Source: Phoronis australis | Lineage: Eukaryota > Animalia > Phoronida | NCBI GenBank assembly: GCA_002633005.1 | Contig: NMRA01000010.1 | Location: forward strand, 799,252-863,251 | DNA: 64,000 bases | Direction of reading: 5' to 3' | In this document: positions 37,401-51,388 of the stretch, piece after piece | How positions within the stretch are numbered: the stretch's first letter is position 1 | Layout of the letters: each line of letters begins with the position of its first letter | Program-made: the position numbers and the translations under genes | The notes under the pieces: model-generated | Databases searched by the model: none | What the model saw: the letters and a program-made list of their open reading frames with translations, nothing else | What the model was told of the DNA's origin: nothing

Positions 37401-40400
37401 TTCATAACAACATGTAGTGGTATAGAGTCGACATGGAGCTGTTCAAATAATTCTCTATATTGTGTTTTCCTCGATGCATAATGCATGTCAGCTTTCACAT
37501 GCAATGTTTGTATAGATAAGTGTACGCTACAGAGCTACACGTGTATTGTGCAGGTATATTACATAAACCATTTTTCAGTAAGCTTAGGAGAAACAAGCCA
37601 TGTAGACTGCACAGTTACATTTAGGCATCTTCAAACGTTTCATAGTCTGGTGGAAATCGATAGGCAACCTCACGACCAATGTACTTGGATTTGGCGATGG
37701 AATATATTGAGTTTGGGCCTGATTGAGTGATCAAGAGGAATTTGATTTCCATTTTGATATTAGAATACAAAGTAAGTGACTTAACCAATCATTCATACCT
37801 TGAGATAGCTGTGAACCACATACACGTGATTCTGTGCCGACTGTTTCTGAGTGTGTATTTCGATATTCTTTCACGTGTTTGCTATGAAGAAGAGTATAAG
37901 GTCGACTATTGGTATTAGTCCATAAAGACTGCGTGACCCACCCTCGCAGCGACTGCAAATTTTCTCTCGACAGTATGATTCCAATCCTGTTGGATAGTGA
38001 TTTCAGAACGGGCACCTTCGGCGTTTAAGAACGGACCAGCATCGAGTAACATGCTCACTTCAACCAGACAGAAGGGCAAATACAGTTCATGCCATTTCAA
38101 TAAGTAGCTGCAATCTTTTAGAACGAGCTTTTATCTATAGATTATCTCCTGAACAATTGCTCTCACCCTCAGATGACTGAAATTGTCTCAAGAATCATGG
38201 GTCCCTGTTATTAAAGGTCGTAGCCAAGACGGTCGCAGGCACGACGTTCTTAAAAACATGACGCTGCGTTTTTATAAGGGTAAAACCTTGCAGCTACGTT
38301 AATATTTTATATTTGTCCTCAACGACTCCCACTACGAGTTTCGTTAATGAACCGTGTGCAAATTAAACTCGACGTTATGACCCTAAGATTGCACGTATGA
38401 CCTGTGATAAAACGGGCCCCAGGAAGCTCTGAAGCATAATGTGACATGATACGCGTTTCCCCACATAGTAGAAAAGGCGTGCCAGCTTCTCGTGTTTAAA
38501 CCCACGTTCATTCCCATCCATGCTTCGCCAAGCAGCTTCGGAAACTTTTGAAAACATTTCCTATTTGGAAGGTTCAAAATGTTGTTGCAGGATGAGACAA
38601 CTGTTTGAAGCTTCTTGAAGAATGTTGTTTATCGTGGCTGAAAATAGTGCGTACCTGGGCTGCTGGGTGCCCCATAGCATTGGCTCAGTGATAATGCAAT
38701 GATTCTGCCAATAGCGGAAGCAGTGGACAAAGCAACACTTGGTTGTCACGGGTTCCCAATAGGTATATCCCGGATTACACAGCAACTCACGAATCTCCCT
38801 GTATTTACACCAAGCACTGTTTCAGCCTCATTTTCGCACCATTGTAGTTCCACATGTCCTTTGTTGCCATATTCGTTACAATTGTTTTCATCGACTGCAC
38901 TGCTATATCCGCCCTTGCAATGCTAACGAAGCATTACTGCTGTGTACATACAGAGGTAACCGGGAAATTTCTGTTTTCACCGAGTCCATAAGTATGTTAT
39001 TTACAATGCAGTTAGGCCTACACTCGAGATTTCCTATAGTAACCTATATATTAATAACTTGGACAGTTATAATTTGTGAGAAGAAATCAACTTGGCGAGT
39101 GGATATTTCTGTGGATTATTATATATTTCCTATCTGTTGTAAGTTTCACGAACTAGTGAGACGTTTAAACGACTGAAAAAGCGGAATCAAATTTCCGTTA
39201 TACAGTCAGTCTCAAATTGTCAGAAAATGTATGGCTGAGCCTGCCGAAGTAACCAGTGTGACAAGGTGTTGCAGGAGAGTGTTCGAAAGTTCCCGCCGTT
39301 GTACGCCAATCATTCGCAGAAATCAAGGCAGGCGTCTTTAACATTTTATTACGCTTGTAATCTCTGCTGTCGCTTGGGATTTGGCTCAGCGACAGAGCCT
39401 TCGGTTCACTATTGCGGAGTTTGTGGGATCGATTACGCTCTATTGCTAATTTCCGTAAAATTACTTTTCTTTTAGAGAATGTCCCTTTAAAGTTAAGAGT
39501 TCTTTCTTTCTCGCTAACCAGTTTACCCAACCATATAAAATGTTTCTCAAGTATATCCTGGCGTAGAAAATAAGTTCCATCCCAGAATATCATTCAGAGT
39601 ACGGGCAAGTGAAAGGAGAGCCAAAAGCCACCATTTTCTTCACAATTGGAAACCTTTCAAAAATAGGACTGTTTCGGTTTAGCGTCTGGTGTTTTCCGCA
39701 TTTCTTTTAGAAACGAAGGAAAATTGAGCTCAGTGTGGAAAAGTTAATTAGTATGTTGCGTGAATTTTATGGTGGAGTCACGAGTGTGAAGGAAATGTCA
39801 CTGCCTAGGGTTCCATGCCAATGTATTGAACATCCTCACAAGAAGACGACAGGGAGCGCGCGAATCAGTTTCCTGGCACTTCTACTGCGTTGATTACATC
39901 TTAGCAATGACAATTTGCCCAGCAACTCTCCGTCATGATCAATCATCAACTTGAGATGAATAGAACCTTGTTATTAGGGATATTGAACCTTGGAGCGCCT
40001 TGTATTTAGAGGAATTAGGCCGTGCTCGGTGAAGGCGCATCGCCGGTACCTGTCCTCACCCACCAAGCCATATTTACGTCTGTTGTGCTGGCGAACTGCA
40101 TTGGACACAAAGAGAGTGAGGGTCATTACTACGTCAAGAAAAACGGTTTTCCGAGATCAGCCTCAATGCGGCATCGAAGCTGGCGGTGCTGGTGTTAAAC
40201 CCGATTAATGGCTGAGTATTTTAAGCCTACTGTGTATTTACTGGTAACTTCACGAGACGTGATTTCAGCGAATGCCAACAGCGAGAATTGGCAATTTGTA
40301 ATAAAATCACAAAGCCAATAATCTCAAAAAGTTTATTCCACTCAACAATAATCCAAAATGACCTTTTCCGTCATAAACTCGATAATATCCCTTGAAGAGT

Positions 40401-41542
40401 GAAGTCTGTTGTAGAAATAACTACCAGTAAAAAGTTTTTTTTACAACAAAAGGTGCGTATCACTTTACGCGTATTCGCTATTATGGCTGGAAACGAGGTG
40501 TTGTCTCCGAATACAGTGGTTCTGCATGTTTAGAACACTCATTCTTTACATTGTAAAAATGATGCTAAAACGAAGCATTGTGTCTTAAACAACAATCCAC
40601 GACAGTTATTTTTTGCAGCGCCACCAAAGTGTGTAAGCAGCGACGATTTTGGAGAAAGAACGTACTTCCGGTTGGCCTGTAAACAAAATTGCAGAATATC
40701 TGCAATTTTGTCACGGGTTATTTACGAGGATACATTTCTCAAATCGGAAATTGACCTTGTCTTTACGTTTGGGTATGATCGATATTTAGCCTTGTTACCG
40801 ATGAGAAGCGACCATGCCGGACGCTATGAACCGTAACATCCCGAACACTTTGGGTATTTTCGTAGCCTTTAAGGTAAATTTGAATTTTCGGAAATATCCG
40901 ACATGTTCCTAATGAACCTGAAATGAAAATGCTGTATAGTGACCCGTTGGGGTACATGACCATATTTGTCGGAGTTGCAACTGAAAAACTAGAATATCCA
41001 CTCATATTTATAGTGGACTCATCTGAACAGAACTTCCATGGAAAAGCCGCCATTTTCTTGTTTCTTGTTTTATTGGAGTTAATTCCACAAACGCACCATT
41101 TTCGCAAGGAAACTTGGACAGCTGAATTAAGCCTAAGAAGTACAAGAATAGATGCCATGTTTTAAAAATGAGTACACCTTTTGGAATCAAAGTTTTAAAG
41201 TATAGACAATAATTATAATAAAGATCTGTTTAGTTAGAAAAGTTACGAGTTCCCATAGTGGACCATTTTGTGGGGAATTAAATCAAACAAGGTGCCATTT
41301 TTTAGAAAAACTTTTGAAGAAACACCTCTCTGGGTGTTGCTTCCCGTATACCATCAGGTACACGTATTGTAGGCTAAATAATTATTGCATCGATCGAAAG
41401 TTATTGGTAAAACCAAGAACAGAAAATAATTTAATTGCCCAGTCACAGAATATCATAGTGCTTTTGTCGCAACCGGGTACGTGACAGGATTCCTGAAAAC
41501 TTTTGAACAGTTGCGCACTGTATATTAAGTTTTATTGTTGCT

Positions 41543-42710
41543 TGACGTCAGAGCTGTTGTTCAAGGGTTGATTGACACATGAAAGTAGTGCGGCATTTTG
41601 TTGGTATTCAGTCTGCAACTTATAAAGAACCGGTCCCTGATGCTTAGTTCGTATATATTTTCTTTATCATTATCGCGCAGTTTGAGAAGTGTAATAATAT
41701 TGCTTTACTCCTTTTCAATAGCTTGTGAGTATTACGGTTAATTTACATTATATCTTTTGCGAGATGCGCAGCAGGATGGAAGTGTGTCCAGTTTCCGCTG
41801 ACGTCATGCCTTAAGTGTGTCACTACACAATGGAACTTAATAACGCGCAAGCGTTGTTAAATTTGCTTTAAAATACTTAAAATTGCAGGTTGATTTCAAA
41901 GGTGCCTCTGATGATGCACGTTTGCACAAGTAAATGAATTACATAGGCCATACACGTGTTTATGGCAGCGAGAGCGTGCTGTTCTTTGGGTGGACTAAAG
42001 GTAATTGTCCGCGATGCAACACAAATCATCGATCTACGAGTGATCATGTCTTATAATGAGTTGGTCAAGGCTGCCTTATTATGTCACCCCTCTCTCAGCT
42101 CAGTTCATTATTCAATTAACGACACGTAGAATTCGTTAATTACCAACTGCCAATCTCGGCTGTCAAGAATGCTTACACGAACCGAGAGAAGCGAACATTT
42201 GGACAGGAAGGTCGGCGTACAGGCTTTTCTTTAACCGATCGAGCGTGAAAACATACAAAATCGCGGACTTGTCGCGTTTGTTGGTTGTGTTCTATTTACT
42301 TTTTGAATTGCAAGTTAACTATCATTTTTTGAGGTGACGAGATTCTTTTTCTTATCCTACATTAGTACTCTGATGAATTGAGCGAAAAGTGATGGTGATG
42401 ATGGCGCTGATGACGATGATGGCCACAGAGATCATGTGAGGACAGTGATGATCATCATGATATCATGATGATGTCGATAATGTGATGACAACCAAGGTGA
42501 TGTCATAATGATGAATTAATGACAGTGACGATGATGGTAATTACGTTCATGTTAGTGATGATGATGACATTGGTTACTGCAATAACGTTGCGAAAAGGTA
42601 ACTCAAACTATGTACTTCATTATTTCAGATGCCCATTACTTAAACCCAGCTCAATACGAACGAAACAACAGTTCTGAGACAAGGCTCAGCACCTACTGGA
42701 CGTGACGTCA
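41543..42710 (+). promoter_or_regulatory. Cluster of three perfect CRE palindromes (TGACGTCA at 41543, 41799, 42703) plus TATAAAG at 41621
   Basis: Motifs read directly; function inferred. Confidence 0.4.
42390..42568 (+). repeat. Degenerate (GAT)n low-complexity tract
   Basis: Repeated gatgat/gatggt/gatgac triplets. Confidence 0.75.
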
Positions 42711-42716
42711 TGCGTG

Positions 42717-43143
42717 ATGGAGGGAGATACAACTTCGTCATATGGTCCCTCTCTGAATGGCTTGCTTTCAGCGACAACAGTGAGGTATATTGCTCAAGAA
42801 AAATTCTTCGGAAAACCGTCTAATGGTGATGGAGAGGCGAATGCGATTCCTAACTTATTTGACCTCTTGACAAATATTACGTCAAACGGTACGCTCAATG
42901 GAACATCACGAACAAACGTGGGGTTTAAAATTCCGCACGAGGCATGGCTTACGGCCACTATGATAACCCTGCTTTCACTTATGAGCTTGTGTACAATACT
43001 AGGAAACACGCTTGTATGTATGGCAGTGGCAATGGTTAAACGTCTTCGGACTCCGAGCAATCTACTTATCGTGTCCTTGGCAATCAGCGATCTCTTCGTG
43101 GGTCTGTTGGTGACTCCATTCAACCTCGTCTACGAGGTTTTAG
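42717..43143 (+). CDS. HTR7: 5-HT7-like serotonin receptor (class A GPCR), coding exon 1: N-terminus, TM1, TM2
   Basis: ATG at 42717 follows an in-frame upstream TGA; NIT/NGT glycosylation sequons; TM1 GNTLVCMAV; TM2 SLAISDLFVGLLVTP; donor TTAG|GTAAGT at 43143/43144; upstream acceptor tttcag| ends at 42628. Confidence 0.9.
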
Positions 43144-44589
43144 GTAAGTTGACTGCCTGTTCAATAACTTCAATGATGTCATCAATGTAAACAATGGGTC
43201 TAAGATTCAAGCAGTGATCAGTGTATCGATCCCAGAATCAATCTGGTTGATAGTTGAACTCGATAATGAAAAGTGGTTCATTTCAGCAGTTAAAACGGTG
43301 CATTCCAAGGTGGCTCCTAGAAGAGACCGCTAACAGGCTTCAACTCGATGAAAAAAAAAATTCTCCAATTGTTCCTAAGATCAAAATTTAAAGTTATGTG
43401 GAGCCTAGAGGAATGAAATGATGCCTTTTATCGCGGCCCTCTTTCTACCCAAGTGGTTCGAATATAAGCGCAGTTTCGCACAGACGCCCATGTGCCTAAT
43501 GGCGCGAGAATACGGTAAACACCGTAGTGCAGTTGAACAGGTTTATTGCCCCTTTGATTACAAAGTGTCCTAGATGCACACGAATTTACATTCCAAGAAA
43601 CGCGTTTCCTCGTAATTCGGTTTGTGAGACAATAAGTTCCATGAGGTTTCTAATGAAAATGAATCGAAATGTCTCTTTAAGAACGTAACTGTGCGTCAGT
43701 ATTCATTTGTTGACCGTCTGTAGTGAATGCTTATTGATCCAGAAAATTAGAAATGTGATGCGATATCTATTGATAGCGACTGATGCAACTCCAGCTTAGG
43801 CTTAGGTTTATAATTTCGAAAATGGAAAATGCGCCTAAATGTAGTCATGCTAGGGTTTACGTTGAAAGCCCATTGGCCGAGTTTTTTATGATTAAAATTA
43901 CGCAGTTTTAACTACGTTTGCTGTACTTAAAGCAGATCAAAGGTTACTGTATTTCAACGCTTTTTGCCAGGCTCTCAACATTTTATTCAAAAGAAATCTC
44001 TATGATTAATTAGTGACCTACGTCAAAAATTTGAAGTAAACACAGATGACCCTACACTAACGCATGCGCACTCACAAGAAAATATCTTATTTACTTCTTG
44101 AGCCAACACTAGCATATAGTATACGTGTATTATCTTACACGTATTATTTATCAGAGTTATCTCCACATATTACTACATGCGCCATTTTCATACGAAAAGG
44201 GATGTACATATCTTGTAATATCGGACAACAAATGCAACAGGAAGCGACCATGTCTGTTTTTTGCAAACTGGATTCTATTTGTTCTGTTTCACGCACTCGT
44301 GAATTGTCTCTGTGTCGAATTTTTTGAGCTGATGGACGAAATGTCGTCGACCTCCAAGACTTACGGCACTTCTCGATGAGTCGACTTGTCGATCCGGACT
44401 CGTCACCCGGTTACAAATAAATATCTGTAAACCAAAAACCCACAGCATGCGAATCCAAATTTGAACGATCATGTGAGTAAATCCAGGCGATTCACTGTCG
44501 GGAGCCAGAGGAAACGATAAACAAAAACAAAAAACACGTATAAGTACTAAGTCACCGGATTCATTCCTACTAAAGCTTTCTGAAAGTAC

Positions 44590-44627
44590 TCGTATATGTA
44601 TCGTATATGTATCGTATATGTATCGTA
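44590..44627 (+). repeat. 11-bp tandem repeat (tcgtatatgta) x~3.5
   Basis: Direct inspection. Confidence 0.85.
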
Positions 44628-44775
44628 CAGAAATGAATTTCATTTAGTTTTATTAGGCTTCATTCCATTACAACACGACACAAAAGCCTTTAACGACCAT
44701 AGAATTTCTACACACATCCAATAATATGGCACTATTAAAATAGTTTACTGGCCGACTGCTTTCGACGAGAAATAG

Positions 44776-44853
44776 TGTGACAGACGCTACACTCGTGATG
44801 TTGGTGCAAGGTTTGTGACAGACGCTACACTCATGATGTTGGTGCAAGGTTTG
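44776..44853 (+). repeat. 38-bp tandem duplication
   Basis: tgtgacagacgctacactc(g/a)tgatgttggtgcaaggtt twice. Confidence 0.9.
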
Positions 44854-45688
44854 GGATATTGGGCGATATCGTCGAGGCAGCAGTGCGGCGCGGACGTAAA
44901 GTTTTCAAACACAGCTCGTGCCACCTCATCGGTCATTTTCCATTTCATCGGAACGCAACATCTGAACATTGTCTCTTAATTGACTTTGTTATCAAAGGAT
45001 AAAGATAATTACGAAAAAGCATTTTAATGCAGGAACTCTAGGTCTTATCTCCAGCTACTGAATACATGATTATAGTCTCAAGCTCTGCTAAATACCCTAG
45101 GCGATTACGTCAAGAAAAAGTAATTACATTTGGCGAAAAATCAATTGTCACATTCGTTATTACATATTAGCGTTATCGTTACACCAATTTAAGTGTTACT
45201 GTTTTCGGTCAAAGAGGTGACCAAGTAAATTGGTGGCGTAGCGTAACAATGCGTGTGGGAGGTGACCCTTCAGGGGACGAAGACTAACCAATAATTTTCG
45301 ACCAGGAGCTCGGGATTCGATACGGACGGGAAAAAGCGGTTAACTTACTTCACGTGTATTCGCCAATTTAAGTTTTCTTCACGTGCGTCTCTTTGTCTTC
45401 CAAGTTTATAAATGGATAATCATAAAATTTGGAAAAATAGAGGTTTCTATTAAGGCCACATCGAACTTCAATATCATTTTGGGGGCTCACTACAGTTATT
45501 TGACTGCCGACCCACGCCTATGTGGAGATGAGTCCTTTCCTGACGTCCTTATCAAGATTCTGCAAAAAAACAAAACAAAGGGTTTTGTAGCATTCCCAAC
45601 ACACAAGCACAACTCATGATAACTGAAACGTAATTATGCTACAGATTTATAATCGGCATGCGCGCACCCAGCCTTCGATATGGGGGGG

Positions 45689-45798
45689 NNNNNNNNNNNN
45701 NNNNNNNNNNNNNNNNNNNNNNNNNNNNNNNNNNNNNNNNNNNNNNNNNNNNNNNNNNNNNNNNNNNNNNNNNNNNNNNNNNNNNNNNNNNNNNNNNN
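45689..45798. other. Assembly gap (110 N) flanked by poly-G, inside a MITE
   Basis: Run of N. Confidence 0.95.
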
Positions 45799-48700
45799 GG
45801 GGGGGGGGGGGGGGGTTACTTCACAGCGAAAAATCCCGACATAGAAAAATAGGATCAAAAAACCCCAATTTTGACAATTTTCTACCCCAAATTACCACTT
45901 CCCTGCTGCAAGTTCTAGAAAAAATCTGACTATAGATTCGGAAAGCCCGTTTCCTCTAGATTTTAAAAATGTGGTTGTAGTAGCCTAGTAGGCACCTTAT
46001 CAGCTGTCTGTTTGGCAATTTGGATCTGTTTGACCAGCCAGCTGAAACCGCACCCGGTTTCTCAGACAGCAGGCGACAGGGGTTGAAAGCAAACTGCCGC
46101 CACCGTTTTGCATCAAAATTAGGTCACTGCTAAAAAACCTGGCTTTTCTCAGTTTCCTTAAAATTATTTTCAACGCATTCCACAAAACAGCAGCCAAACC
46201 TAACATACGTCCTTTACATAAATTCTACGAACTAGAAAATGCCTCATGACTGCAGCCTACACTAGAAAGTGTCCCGTGGCCGCGGCAGCCTACATTTGTT
46301 CAGTGCTACCTTTTGTTAGGTTTCAACGTATTCCGCGTCTGTCTTTGGCGTTCGCCACTCTCTTTCCGTCAAAGCTCTGGAAGGATAATTATAGAATATC
46401 ACAAATATGTTTCAATCGACGCTCTATTCTTTCAATAACACGTCATTACTGATATGTTTTAATATACCAGTAATGACGTGTTATAATTAAAATTATTTAG
46501 AACAACGGAGAATTTGAACGAAATGATAAATAACCGGTGTGCTTGTGCATTGAAATTAACAGTGTCACTGGAGTCTTTGAAACACCAAAAGTATGGAAAA
46601 ATGCGTGTTCACCTAAGCACCGAACGCGACCCTGTTAAAAATGCCGAAGTAGACCCTACCACCGTAAAAAATATCGCGTGCATCTTCTGCAGGGTTCCAG
46701 AGAAGGAGGAACTTGGTTACTAATCTGACGCGTACTTTCAGAATTTCGCTAGTATGAGATCACAGTGACCGTTGACATTACGTGATTTATGACAAGTGCT
46801 TTTTGTGCTACATATGCCCGGATTTCCGAATATGTCCTGATGTCGAAGTAGCCTTGGACCCCTCGTCAAACTGTCCGGGGAATCATGATGGAATGTAACA
46901 GGTGTGTTCCCATTGAAGAGAGCAGTGCTCACATGTTTTGCGCACTTAGAAGCTGTGTCATATTAAGTTTATCAGTATTTCTCGCTATAGTGGGAATGTT
47001 TAGCGGGACATAATCGGCGAGAAAAAGGATTTTCTAAGCTCAGACGCAGCACGGAATCCCCGCGGTTGCAGCCAAACAGGAAAGTTAAACCCCAATCTGT
47101 AACAAGGCGAGTATTTTAACGCTCTCATTAGGGCTAAGGTCATCGGCCTCGGTTTAACCGAATGTCTGAATTATCGATTTATAATAAAATCATAAAAACA
47201 CAACAGATTCTGTTGTTTTTATAGCTCTGTTCAAAGCAGAGCTAATAACTTCAAGAAATCTATACCATAAAATACTAATCCCGAAGTGCATTTTCAGCCG
47301 TGAAACCTATAACGTCCCTTTAAAACAATGGTCACCTGTTGAATCTATTGTATGCGATGCGCCTGGGCTAATGAAGGTTGCTCCTGGTGCAGATACGGTG
47401 AAGTTTTTAATGGTTAATTCGTTAGTGTTACGCATCGTTTTTCTGAAACGTAGTCGGTTTATTGGATTGGAATCACGTGACTTACACGAGCCGCTTTAAT
47501 ACAATGAAATGTATTCATTTATTTATATTGCCATATTTCTTTTCTCACGGATAACGTTCTTTACTTCAATATCTTTCTCTTGGACCATAGTGGTAAGAAA
47601 ACGTTTGGACACCCCTGCAATACGCCTATCCCTTAAGAACGTATTAGCATTGAATTTTGCATATTATGCGTTAATTGATTATTTTATTTTTTATGTCTTT
47701 TTAGCCATGCCTCTTCGTTTACATTTTTGTGGAAAACTGATATCGCTTGGAAAATTGCAAAAATTGTTTTGATTCCATTTATGAAAACGACTTTTACTTG
47801 ACCAATGCCCAGCACACTTAAATGGTAGTTGACATGAAAAACCGAGGACAACCTACATGTATGAGTTTGAAGCACAAAATGGCCAATTATCACACCGATG
47901 TTCCTTTGTTGAAATGAACAATATGGCTGGTAGCCATTTTGATTTTAGTCTAAGAATACACTTGAAATAACTCAACGTATTGTTGCGCACAGAAAAGATA
48001 AGTTAGTTATCACGGTATAGAACTCCTAACTTTCCTTTTTTGCCTTTTGCAAAGGCACGAGTCCTGTCTACCAAGCTATTTAATAAAATCTTACACATTT
48101 TGAAGCGGTCGGAAAATAAAAACTACCCGTTTTTCATATTTTCTTAAACAGTGTGGCAATTGACGCATTGAGCAGGTTTGCAATGTTGCCCATTTGACAA
48201 CGGTGAACTTGGACTTGGACAGCGCACGCGCATGTTAATACTCGAGTAAAATTCACTTAAAATTGCTCTCACGAAAATGAACGATTCGTGGAATCCAGCC
48301 GTTGTAGTTCACAAAATTACTTTTATCATCGCTGAACATTTCACAATGACAATTTCTTATTTTTGGATTTTGAAGTAAATTATGAGAATCTATACTGCGC
48401 TGTGTTGGTGTTATTCAGTGAATCTGGGGTTCTGAGTAAATTCGCCATTTACAGTCGAAAGCAATCATTTCTGAGTGAGTTACTACATTGAGATAATTTA
48501 CCAGCTTGTTTGTGTTGTTCAGACCAAAGTACATGTATTAGGAACTACGACTGTTATTGAAACATTGATTTTTGCATGTCTAGATTTACTTTAGTTTTTT
48601 TCTGACGTACGCCAGTTTGAATGATATTCTACAGACGTTACTGTTACCGAGTTGCAAGATATCGTTCGCTGCGTAAGTTGTCGGAGGACATTGTTTACGT

Positions 48701-49127
48701 GCATACGGGTAGTTAATGCGCTTCTTATGCAATACTTTTTTCACAAAGCAGTCCCCCGTTTTCTGCGGGTAGATAATAGATAATTCCAGCTGATTATTTA
48801 TGAACAAGATGTCGTCCCGTCCTGTTATTGTGAGATAGCTGGCGAAAATGTGTTCCTAATTCTAACTCAGTCTTCGTTTCAATTAGTATTCTGGTTCAAC
48901 TCACTTTTCATAAAATAAGAATATTTTGACATCCATCGTCCTCCCTCTTTACCTCAGCAAAATTATTTTGCGTCTAGTTGAACTTTAGGCAAACTTTGTC
49001 CAGTTAATTGTTACCCATGTGGCTTGAGAATTACGTGTATATTTTACTAATGTATATATAAAACGATAGACAGCAGTGCCCACACACTACTATGAGAGCG
49101 CAAGCACTGACAATTTTATGACAAAGC

Positions 49128-49145
49128 AGGCAGACAGACAGACAT

Positions 49146-49180
<35 letters not shown>

Positions 49181-49203
49181 TACATACAGACAGACAGACA
49201 GAC

Positions 49204-49246
<43 letters not shown>
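49128..49246 (+). repeat. (GACA)n microsatellite
   Basis: Imperfect tetranucleotide array. Confidence 0.95.
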
Positions 49247-51333
49247 AGTTGTGATACATTAAGATAAAAGGTTAATGACATAAGGCCAAAGTTCGCTGTC
49301 AGTGGTGAACTAAAATTTATCGTGCAATGGTACTGGAGACTCAAAAAACGTGCAGGAAATGTAAAAATTAAAATCGTCTTAATTTAATAAACGATGCCTT
49401 TATTTTGATTGTTAAACCAAGTCCTTAAAAAGACTTAATTATTTTTGATTACCTCTTTATGAATCTATCAGTACTCTTGATCCTAAATCAATAAGCATCA
49501 CAGTTATTGAAGTGTGACTACATATTTCTTATGACACCTTGTATCATACTGTACAATTATTGTGCATCAATTTTCTATTTACGAGAACATTTATTGTCTA
49601 GAAAGAGATGAAGAAGTGAAGGTAACGCCTTTGACATTTTCCTGTGTAGTCCGGTGAGGCGACTCAGCATTAAATGAAAGCGGCGATAGAATCCTGCCTC
49701 CATCACAGAACGAACTTTCGATTTAGACCACTTACCGCTGCGAAATTGGTTTTAAATTGTTCCTTAGACAAGTTGGAGATGATATCAGTGCTTCGGGAGA
49801 ACTGACAGTTCGTTATTGCTTGAGACCAGGCTCTACACGTTCACTTGTCGCCACGTGTTATTTTACAAGCTGAGATTGTTCTTAAGGAATAACGATGATT
49901 CTTTGCAAACCCGGAAATCACTTCTCAGTGGTTATGGAGAAGTTGAGTGTTTCAAATGAAAGTTCGTTTCGCGGACGGAACGCAGGTTTATAGCCGTTTT
50001 AGCAAGGGAATTTAGAGTGTTCTGATGTTCAACTATGTTAACAAAGGTAATGCTTAAGTCTTTTCACGAACACAAACAGTTCATTTGCACCATAAATTTC
50101 CCACAATGCATGTCTATCTGACACATGAAGATGTATTGTAACCAGGCCAGAGCATCACGGGATTGTCCAGTGTATTGAATCATCTTATTCTGTAGCGAAA
50201 TGAATACACATCCTTCGAAATGAACCGTGAAACGTGAAATAACATCTCTTGGATCTCACGTTTGACCGAGACAATTGTCCGTGATTCCTCTTCGTTCGTT
50301 GACCCCTTGGTTTTTAACGACGAATAAAGACTATCCGCTTCTGTGAGACACACACATACATACACACGTTGATTGTGATTTAGTTTTAGGTTGGGAAGCA
50401 TACCCGATAGATTACTTTGAATTGGGCAATTGTTGTAGGATTTTGACACCCGGGTGCGAAATCAGTCAGAGTTAAAACCCTTTCGCTCCGTCTGGTTCCC
50501 TAGCTGATGCCATTCAGCGACGCTGACAATGAGACGCGCTTTTGGAATTTATATCAAAATTATCATATAGATACCCAAACATTTCGCCTGCTCACGAACT
50601 TCGTTTTGAATGAGTAAATGAGTATTCGTATGGCACTGTAACTGCTTGTCGCCTGCTACTTGGATTCCAAGATATACTTCCGTCATTTTGCAGATACCTA
50701 CTGCTAGAAATACACGAAAGTGGCAATAAAACCGTGCCGTCTCACAAACAAGTTTTGATTTACGCCACCTATTGTCATAAAATCAAAGTCATTTTGTTCC
50801 TTATTCAGATTAGAAACTATTTACGGGCTTAGAACGACCTGAAAGGTCGCCATGATGGTCGCTAAATGCTGCAGATCGGGCCCATTAGATTGCTGGTCAC
50901 CGCGGGTTATTTTCCGTCGCCAAGGCACTGTGGCTGTCAAATGCCATTAATGCCAACCAATTTCATTTCAAACAAATTATATTAAGGATAAGAACGCGAC
51001 GCCGGGCGTTGCTTCAGAAGGGCAAATGCGCCGGTGAAGAAAGTTGATATTGTTAAATTTGCATTATTGGTAAGGGTTAGGTTTTACAGCAATTTGTAGA
51101 AACACGTGGTTCAGCTCGCACAAAATGGGTAATTGACGGTGAAATTGCCTGATGTATCAAAGCGATTGAAATGTTTAACCCAGTTAGTTCTGGATGCACT
51201 TGCCGTTTAACGTTGCGGTTTTATCGTGAAAAATTGGTTCTGACGTCGACGAATTTACAATCACTATATATGGAAGCCAGTGGCCGTTCTGAGCGAGTGA
51301 CATTAATCGGCGACTATGTTGTGTGTTCAAGAT

Positions 51334-51388
51334 GAACCTCAAGGGGATTTGAACCCACGACCTCTGAGGTCGCAGTCCGACACTTTAC
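51334..51388 (-). pseudogene. Partial tRNA-like fragment (probable SINE head)
   Basis: Minus strand gtaaagtgtcggactgcgacctcagaggtcgtgggttcaaatccccttgaggttc: B box/T-arm present, 5' half missing. Confidence 0.45.

Noticed and set aside
42702-43190. 162-aa ORF as a complete protein starting at GTG
   Set aside because: It is exon 1 of the GPCR: the ATG is at 42717 and residues after YEVLG are intronic.
46889-46910. miR-1-like sequence TGGAATGTAA
   Set aside because: Only the first 10 nt match and there is no complementary hairpin arm.
49031-49344. SVCL/TDRQ repeat ORFs
   Set aside because: Translations of the (GACA)n microsatellite.
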